This document shows positions 55,867-64,000 of a stretch of 64,000 nt of DNA, piece by piece; position 1 is the stretch's first letter, and each line of letters begins with the position of its first letter. Location: NCBI GenBank assembly GCA_964016885.1, contig OZ024762.1:11098001-11162000 (forward strand). The letters are read 5' to 3'. Source of the DNA: Eledone cirrhosa (Eukaryota). The position numbers and the translations under genes were made by a program. The notes under the pieces were generated by a model. The model did not search any database. It was not told the DNA's origin and saw only the letters and a program-made list of their open reading frames with translations.

Positions 55867-57324
55867 ATGTCGGCATTTAAGAGCTTTGTTAACCAATATA
55901 CTTCATGTCGATGGAAGTTAGGTTATGCGTGTTTTGTAGCTTTTCTACTGATGCAATCATTAAGAGTTGATCTAAGTATGGCCTTTGTTTGCATGTTCAA
56001 AACACCCAATCGTACAACTGATGATGAAGTCAATTTGACACTAAACAACGGACATTGTTCTGGATCAGAAAACAATGCGAAAACTCAAGATTTTGAAGGA
56101 GAGCTTGAATGGAGTGATACCTTACAATCAAATATTTTAGCTGGTTACTTCTATGGTTATATTGCAACTAATATTTTGGGTGGTGTATTGGCAGACAGAT
56201 ATGGCGGAAAAAGAGTTATAGGATTTTCAGTTGTCTCGTCAGCAATTATGACCATTCTTCACCCAAGTGTATCTCGAATAAGTGGTTACTTTACCCTTGT
56301 CCTCAGGATATTAACTGGTGCCGCATCTGGGCCGTTATCACCAGCAATTCAGTCCTTATGTGGACGTTGGGGACCTCCACAAGAAATTAGCTCTTTGATT
56401 GGGTTTATATTTGCTGGTCAAATTCTAGGTAGTATCTTAGGTCTTTCAATATCTGGTTACCTTTGTGTGTACGGATTTGACAACGGGTGGGGTTCTATAT
56501 TTTATGTATTTGGTGGAATATCGTTGCTGTTTAGTTTTGTATGGTTTTATGTCGTCTATGACACACCAGACCTCCATCCCACTATCAGTGAAGAAGAACA
56601 TTCTTACTTAAAAGAAGCTATAACTTGTGAAAAATGTGTTAAAACCATACCTTGGCGACGATTGCTTTTTTCACCTGCAGTCTGGGCCATCTGCCTTGCT
56701 TTGTTTGCTTACGCCTGGACAGATTTAACTTTCCAGGTATTGCTACCTTTATACATGAAAGAAGCCTTAAATGTTAATACAACATCCAACGGAATATTGT
56801 CCTCAGCTCCATCAGTTGGACAAATCATTGCTTTACCGTTGAGCGGAAAATTGGCAGACATTTTGCGTTCGAAAAAATATTTATCAACTCGTTCAGTGAG
56901 AGTTTTATTCCAAACTATTTCTATGATTGGTTCAGCATGTCTATTGACTGGCATAGGATTTCTCAAATGTGAGGATATCATTCTGATATGTGTTCTATTA
57001 TTCCTAAGTGGTATAACTCTAGCATTTGCCAGTGGTGGTGTTATCGTTAATAATATTGACATTGCTCCAATGTACGCTGGTGTTTTATATGGAATAGCTA
57101 ATGCATTCGCCTCATCTGCCGGCAGCATCAATTCCTTAACTACAAAAGCTTTAACTCCAAACGGTACACAAGAAGAATGGCAGTCCGTGCTAGGAATATG
57201 TGCAGCTGTTTGTGTATTTGGTGCAATAATATTCGCAATATTGGCAAAAGCAAAAATACAAAACTGGGCGAGTACAAAATCATCTGTTCACCCGAAAGAT
57301 ATAAATCTAAATATAAGTGTTTAA
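55867..57324 (+). CDS. SLC17 sialin-like transporter, copy 4 (485 aa)
   Basis: Intact ORF with LRVDLS, GYFYGY, LADRYGGK, HPTISEEE, NNIDIAPMYAG. It is the most diverged paralog in the C-terminal half. Confidence 0.93.
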   Translation: MSAFKSFVNQYTSCRWKLGYACFVAFLLMQSLRVDLSMAFVCMFKTPNRTTDDEVNLTLNNGHCSGSENNAKTQDFEGELEWSDTLQSNILAGYFYGYIATNILGGVLADRYGGKRVIGFSVVSSAIMTILHPSVSRISGYFTLVLRILTGAASGPLSPAIQSLCGRWGPPQEISSLIGFIFAGQILGSILGLSISGYLCVYGFDNGWGSIFYVFGGISLLFSFVWFYVVYDTPDLHPTISEEEHSYLKEAITCEKCVKTIPWRRLLFSPAVWAICLALFAYAWTDLTFQVLLPLYMKEALNVNTTSNGILSSAPSVGQIIALPLSGKLADILRSKKYLSTRSVRVLFQTISMIGSACLLTGIGFLKCEDIILICVLLFLSGITLAFASGGVIVNNIDIAPMYAGVLYGIANAFASSAGSINSLTTKALTPNGTQEEWQSVLGICAAVCVFGAIIFAILAKAKIQNWASTKSSVHPKDINLNISV

Positions 57325-57714
57325 CATATTCAACAACTTATTATTTAAAGCCCACGTGACATTATTATGTGAGTTAGTTCATGTAAATTTAGTGTTTTTC
57401 TCACCAATACTACTGTTTACATTTGAAAGACTCGCTCCTTACTGGAAAGTGTTCTAGACATTTCATAATTAGAAACGACCATTCTAACACTGGCGATGCA
57501 CATGTTTTTGTTGTTTTTTTTCAATCAAAATAAATAGACTAATAAATTACATTTTCTCTCCGACAATGTTTTTATGTGTTACTATTAATGCATTTGTTTA
57601 GACAGACATTCACACAACTTCGGTTATATCATGTATTCTGTAGACACTTTTTAATGAAATAAATAGGTTTATTTACAATAGTTTATAACTTTGCCTATTA
57701 ATCCGTATGGTGAT

Positions 57715-58085
57715 ATAGTCCGAACGTGGAAGTGTCGAAACCCCACTGTCATCGCCTCCATCTCTCTCGCCCTCCCCCATCTCTCTGTATGGTAAGCAAA
57801 TGGGGTCCCACGTGCTGGCCTCCCCACAACCCCGGCGGACAGGATGGAGAAGGCAAATCCCCGGTGGATGGTAAAAGAGATGCGCTGGAAGAACCATTCC
57901 AACTCGTGAGGCTCACACCTGCGGATGGCCAGTTCAACGCCTATGGTGGTGTATAGGGAGGTATCCCTAGCGCCAAGGACACCAGAAGTCTCCACTGCCA
58001 AGGGTACGACCGCGCACCTGTCGGAGAACGTCCGGTACTTGGAGAGTTTGGCCTCCTCGGCCCGACGTGCAGCAGTACCTGGGTT
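57715..58085 (-). mobile_element. CRE-like retrotransposon 3' fragment
   Basis: ORF 57669-58001: AVETSGVLGARDTSLYTTIGVELAIRRCEPHELEWFFQRISFTIHRG. Confidence 0.72.
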
Positions 58086-58498
58086 AGTCGTTCAGGGCGG
58101 CAGATCAGCTGAGTCGTTAGAACGGCGAACAAATGTTTAGCAGTATTTGTTCTGGCGCTTAACATTCTGAGTTCAAATCTTGCTGAGGTCAACTTTACCT
58201 TTCATTCTCTCGAGGTCAATGAAAATAAAATACCAGTCAAGTACTTGGTTAATCGACTTGACACCCACCCCACCCATTGTCTACCCTCTTTAAAATTGCT
58301 GGCCTTGTCCTAAAATAGAAACAATTATTAAGATAGTATACCGAGGGTCATATTATCCACTCAATGTTCTGTTTTAAAAGCTGCGATGTTTGGTGAGTCA
58401 AGCCGCTGTATGGTGGCTTAATAGAACAATCAGAGTTTTATAGACGTGTTTTCATTTAACCCAGCATCGTTCTCTGAGATGAGATAAAATCTGTCCGG

Positions 58499-58838
58499 CG
58501 ATTCTTTCCTGAGACATTCTAACCACATTCCCATAGTATCGTAGCTGTGATCTCTCAATTCAGAGATTCTTTCCTGATACATTCTAACCACATTCCCATA
58601 GTATCGTAGCTGTGATCTCTCAATTCAGAGAAGTAGAGACTCAACATGGAGTGAGACTCTCCAGTGATTCTTTCCTGAGATATTCTAACCAGATTCTCAC
58701 AGTATCAGAGCTGTGATCTCTCAATTCAGAGAAGTAGAGACTCAACATGGAGTGAGACTCTCCAGTGATTCTTTCCTGAGATATTCTAACCAGATTCTCA
58801 CAGTATCAGAGCTGTGATCTCTCAATTCAAAGAAGTAG
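58499..58838 (+). repeat. Four tandem 65-101-bp repeats (gattctttcctgaga[c/t]attctaacca...ctctcaattca)
   Basis: Direct inspection. The first unit is homologous to 42882-42936. Confidence 0.8.
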
Positions 58839-59699
58839 CGGCAATGTTAGATGGAGACACCAGGTTCTAAAATAGTTTCAATGTCAGTCAATGGCAGAAT
58901 TCCTAACAATGATAACAAAATCTGCCTGGAGAGTATAATTCCCGGAAAGAGAAATTGCGGAAGCCGTTACAAAGCTTAAAAAATGTTTTTAAGTGCTCGG
59001 AAATATGTGTCAATTTTATACAGAAGAAATAATCTACTTATGTAACATTGACAGTTATTGTAAATTCTCAGTTATCATACGCTTCGTGTCATTTTACCGA
59101 GCTCTGCCCTTAATTGGTGATTCACATATCATATTTACAAACTATATATAATCAATTCATATACACGTACGCCCATACATTCAAGTCACACTCACACACA
59201 CACAAAGATTATAAAGTTCTCCTATATTTCTAATTACAAAAGCAAATCAAGGCCAACGTATTTGAATGAGCTTGTGTATATTCTGAATTAATAAAAGTAA
59301 GTAATTAAATAAAAGGCATTTTAGAAATTCTATTTATCTATTTGTGACAAAACACAGCCTGGATGGATTCACATGAAAGTATGAGTTACTGGGTGTCGTA
59401 TTTCAGTGATAGTCCATTGTAGAACACCGACGGTATAAAAGGTTGAAAACCAGACATTAGCTGCGATGTATTATAACAGGGGTAACGAAAATAACGGTAA
59501 GTCATGAGAATCATATATACACATACGCATACGCATACACATACACATACACATACATACAGATATACTCACACAGACGTGCACACACACACACACACAT
59601 ACTATACACACATACATACATGTGTGTATATATGCATACATATATATACATGTACATGCTGAAGCATATAAACAATATGCCCCCACTCCCCCCACCGCA

Positions 59700-60002
59700 A
59701 GGTGGTCGTGGAGGTGCCACGGCAAAAAAGCACCCAGCCCACACTGTAAAGTGGACGTGTAGGCGCCACGAAAAAGCACCCAGCCCACACTGTAAAGTGG
59801 ACGTGTAGGCGCCACGAAAAAGCACCCAGCACTCACTGTAAATGAGGTTGGTGTTAGGAAGGGCATCCAGCTGTAGAAATCAAGCCAGATCAGTTCCTGT
59901 ATGAGCAAGGCATGGTCAGCCGACCAGACACTGCCCACAACAGGACAACCCGTCTAACCCATGCTAGCGTGGAAGAACGGACGTAAAACGGTGATGATGA
60001 CA
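59700..60002 (+). mobile_element. RTE-derived SINE-like element
   Basis: gttggtgttaggaagggcatccagctgtagaaa and 3' end aacccatgctagcgtggaagaacggacgtaaaacg(gat)n, with short internal tandem duplications. Confidence 0.55.
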
Positions 60003-60017
60003 TGTATATATGTATGT

Positions 60018-60273
60018 GTGAAGGCGCATGGCTTAGTGGTTAGAGCATTGGCCTTGCAATCGAAAGGTTGTGAGTTCAATTCTCAGACCGGGTGATGTGT
60101 TGTTTCCTTGAGCAAGACACTTTATTTCACGTTGCTCCAGTTTACTCAGCTGTAGAAATGAGATGAGATGGACTGGGGTCCCTATCATTAAAACACCCAA
60201 GACACCTCCAATGAGATATACCTTGGAGGAGACCAGCTAAACCTGCATAGAGGTGTGAGCTGTAACAACAACA

Positions 60274-60275
<2 letters not shown>
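60018..60275 (+). mobile_element. tRNA-derived SINE family 2 with (AAC)n tail; copy at 13676-13927 (-); related heads at 12625-12830 (+), 48400-48614 (-) and 53975-54105 (-)
   Basis: A box tggcttagtggttagagc, B box gagttcaattc, body ccttgagcaagacactttatttcacgttgctcc. Confidence 0.8.
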
Positions 60276-60345
<70 letters not shown>

Positions 60346-60347
<2 letters not shown>

Positions 60348-60540
60348 CGAAGGCGGTGTGGTAAGGAACCAGATGGATCATAACGCACCAGAGTACTCAA
60401 TACTTAGGGTAGTAGAGTGGGTAATAGGAGAAAGTATGACCCCGACGGCAGAGCTCAAGCCGTTTCGACGGCTATTTCAGGCCAGAAATAGCCGTCGAAA
60501 CGGCTTGAGCTCTGCCGTCGGGGTCATACTTTCTCCTATA
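60346..60540. mobile_element. Family C fold-back element
   Basis: Near-perfect palindrome 60424-60540 centred ~60481, ~78-nt tail, (TA)n flanks. Confidence 0.72.
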
Positions 60541-61723
60541 TATATACACACATAGGTGTGGGCTGTCACACACATACATACTATATATATGTAAGTGTAT
60601 GTATGTGCGTATGTATATATGTATGTGTATATGTATGTATGTGTGTGTGTGTAGGAATGTATGCGTGTGTACGTGCGTGTGTGGGTCTGTATGAATGTAC
60701 TTGTATAATTATGTATATATATATATATATATATAGACACACATATATATATACACACATACATACACAGATACATATATATACACATACATAGACACAT
60801 ACACACATACACACACATACGTAGATACATACTTACATACATACACACATATACGCATACATACATACGACCATGCATACATACGACCATGCATACATAC
60901 AACCATACATACATGTATACACACATACACACACATACACACACACACACACACACACATACATACATACATACATACAAGTATACATACAAACATACAT
61001 ACACACATACATACATACATGTATACATAATACATACATACACACACACACGATGATGATGGCTGCCCCCTCGTTATCGAGTATGGCCATTGCACGATAT
61101 ACCATTATTAATAATAATTAATTAATTCTATCGTGCAATGCCTGTGCGTGAAGATATTTTTTAAAGTGACGAAAGACTGTGCACTGAGCCAATCCCACTC
61201 TCTGAGCGACAGTAGCTATAACCTTATACATACATAGTGGCTGCCAACTCGTTTTCGAGTACGGCCACTACTTTATATCCATGTAGGAGTACCTCTACCG
61301 ATGCGCTGAACAAGTGTGACTTTTTAGTCCAGCCAGCGACTTGAAAACTCTGGTACAAACACTACACTTGTGACAATTATTGACACATAGTGCTGGGCCC
61401 ATGGTACCATGTAACGACAAGAGCAGAGATCTCCAGATATAAAGCAATGCCTGTGCCGTGAAGCTTTTATAGTGAACAAAGGCACTGCACAAAGCCAGTC
61501 CCACTCTCTTAACCAAGATGATATTTACCAAAAAGAAGAACAAGTCAACATCATTGGATACCATCAGGGCTGCAGGTGTTATATCAGAGTTTTCCTTCTC
61601 CTAGAATTCTGGCTTGACAAAGGCTAAGGGGTCGTCACTCCCGGCATACATACATACATACATACATACATACATACATACATACATACATACATACATA
61701 CATACATACATACATACATACAT

Positions 61724-62085
61724 AGTGCCTCAATACAAATCTTGAGAAGCTAGGCTTCACAGGAACAGAAAGAACACAACTAGTTAGAAAATTACAAGTA
61801 CAATCCATTAATGGAACAGTAAAAATATGTAAAACATTCCAAATATTTTGCATCTAATAACTGCATATACACATGTACAGATACAAAGCATATACACATG
61901 CACACATACAACTCAAAACACACATCCACACATACAATAACATCCATATCTACACATGCATGCATACATACATATCTACCTAGTTGATGTTGTGTAAATT
62001 CCAATGAGAGAGTCTTGTGTCTATGTTAGAAACCGACTCTCTCTCTATTGGTAAAACTTTGTGAAATTATAAAACCAGAAGAACA
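61724..62085 (+). mobile_element. 3' end of a second R4/Dong-like family in (CATA)n; related copy ~10580-10826
   Basis: LEKLGFTGTERTQLVRKLQVQSINGTVKICKTF resembles the C-terminus of 12067-12375. Flanked by (CATA)n. Confidence 0.6.
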
Positions 62086-62308
62086 TACATACATACATAA
62101 ATGATATTTTAATGACTATCTAGAGAAATGTGTTGTTTTATTAATTTAATCGTGTGAAGCAACATGTCAGCCGTTATCTGGACAACACGTAGTAATTGAT
62201 AATTCTTCTTTTATATCTACAGACATTAACCAGGTCAATCTTCTGGCCAACATTTTGAGAAAACAAAAAAACAAACGAAGACACTAACAAAAGCACCTGA
62301 CGTTCACA

Positions 62309-62469
62309 CAGAACCGTCTTAACAGCATTATAGGCCCCCGGGCAAAGCAGAGCACTGGAGCTCCTACCTACACAACCACTCACAGGAATAAAAATACAAA
62401 TGGGCCCCCTATCCTCGTGGGGCCCCCGGACAACTGCCCAGCGTGCCCATGCGTTAAGACGCGGCCCTG
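62309..62469. mobile_element. hAT-type MITE
   Basis: TIR cag..ccgtcttaac / gttaagacgcggccctg, with an 8-bp TSD cgttcaca / cgtccaca. Confidence 0.7.
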
Positions 62470-62557
62470 CGTCCACAAACACACTTTTGATAGTAAATCG
62501 CTCTCATGATTTTATTTAAGAACGTTTCATTATTTAGGTTCCGAACATCAATTAAAT

Positions 62558-63260
62558 AATTGTTTCTACTTTTGGCACAAGGCCAGCAATTATCCCAGTA
62601 CATTACTGGTACTTTATTTTACCGACCCCTATAAGGATAAAGGGAAAAGTTAACCTCGGCGGGATTTGAACTCAGACCGTAAAGGGACATAACTCTATGC
62701 TCTAATATAATTGTTTCTCCTTTTGACACAAGGCCAGCAATTATCCCAGTACATTACTGGTGTTTTATTTTATCGACCCCTGTAAGGATGAAAGGCGGGA
62801 TTTGAACTCAGACCATAAAGGGCCGTAACTCTATGCCGCGAAGCATGGCGTCCGACCCTCTACCGATACTGGCAATCCATGGCAACTGCAATTAAATAAT
62901 GGTTTCTGACTTAGGCACAAGGTCAGCAATTTTTGGGGAGAAGAAAGTCGATTAAATCGGCCCCAGCGCCTTACTGGTACTTTATTTTATCGACCTTGTG
63001 AGAATGAAAGGCAAAGCTAACTTCGGCGAGATTTGAACTCAAAACGTAAAGGGCGGTAACTCTCTACCACGAAGCAGGGTGTCCGACGCTCTACCGATAC
63101 TGCCAAACCCACCTTCAGATTTAAGCACAAGGCCAAACAATTTTTGGTGAGGGGAAAATCGATTAAATTGACATCAGTGTATTACTGGATGAAAGGCAAA
63201 GCTACCCTCGGTGGGATTCGAACTCAGAACGTAAATGGTCGTGGCTCTATGACGAAACAG
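62558..63260 (-). mobile_element. Four tandem family 1 SINE copies
   Basis: Repeated SINE body motifs. Confidence 0.78.
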
Positions 63261-63634
63261 CGACTCAATAATGGGAAAGTCAGTTATATTAGTAAATCTC
63301 TCCAAATTCTTGATCATTTCCAAAATGATTAAAAAATTACAGACAAAGTCTTTCATGAGAAATTGGTGGAAATATTCTTACGAAAGAGTTAACTGTTGAC
63401 CAATGAAATGCCACGTAAGAACCCGGTACAAAGGAGCTCATACAGTAGAGATTACATATGAAAAACTGAATCAATGAATTTAACTAATCATATCAATTGT
63501 AACAAAAGGGATTGGAGATATTATGTCGAATGGAATCATAGAAAGCAGACGATCAACTCCAGACATGTTTTATTGTCACATTGTAAGTCTACTTTATTCT
63601 TGACTATTTACAGAAAAATGCACGCAATTTAAGG

Positions 63635-63669
<35 letters not shown>

Positions 63670-63742
63670 CATACAAGCTGATATATATGTATACATACAT
63701 ACGTATATATACATATATATATATATACACACACACACACAT

Positions 63743-63837
<95 letters not shown>

Positions 63838-64000
63838 CACACATACATATATATATATACATAGATATACATAGATATACACACACATATATATGACGTT
63901 CTTACATTCATGTCCTCCGTCTCCGACTCTTCCACTGTCTCTATATCTCTATGACTATCAACTACCCTCACCGCATTCTCAACCTCTGTCTTCTACAAAC

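Overview
Repeat-rich, AT-rich animal genomic DNA. The SINE families, the extreme (TA)n/(CA)n/(CATA)n microsatellite load and a sialin-like gene cluster suggest an octopod cephalopod (inference). The only intact protein-coding genes are four tandem, same-strand SLC17/sialin-like MFS transporters with uninterrupted CDSs (29914-31404, 37552-39078, 43349-44875, 55867-57324). They show patchwork gene-conversion tracts and lack the usual TM4 acidic residues. The rest includes a decayed mariner, hAT- and piggyBac-like MITEs, R4/Dong-, CRE- and RTE-like LINE fragments, tRNA-SINEs and three large minisatellites. The most striking hidden signal is about 20 full or partial type I hammerhead ribozyme motifs, found by eye, from several unrelated families. 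Most lie in short non-coding islands inserted in (TA)n or (CA)n tracts, and many have the architecture 'inverted fold-back plus a one-sided ~75-95 nt tail'. They look like a diverse microsatellite-targeting, ribozyme-bearing, non-autonomous Penelope-like (retrozyme-like) system. Almost all other ORFs in the track are microsatellite artefacts. Repeat boundaries are approximate.
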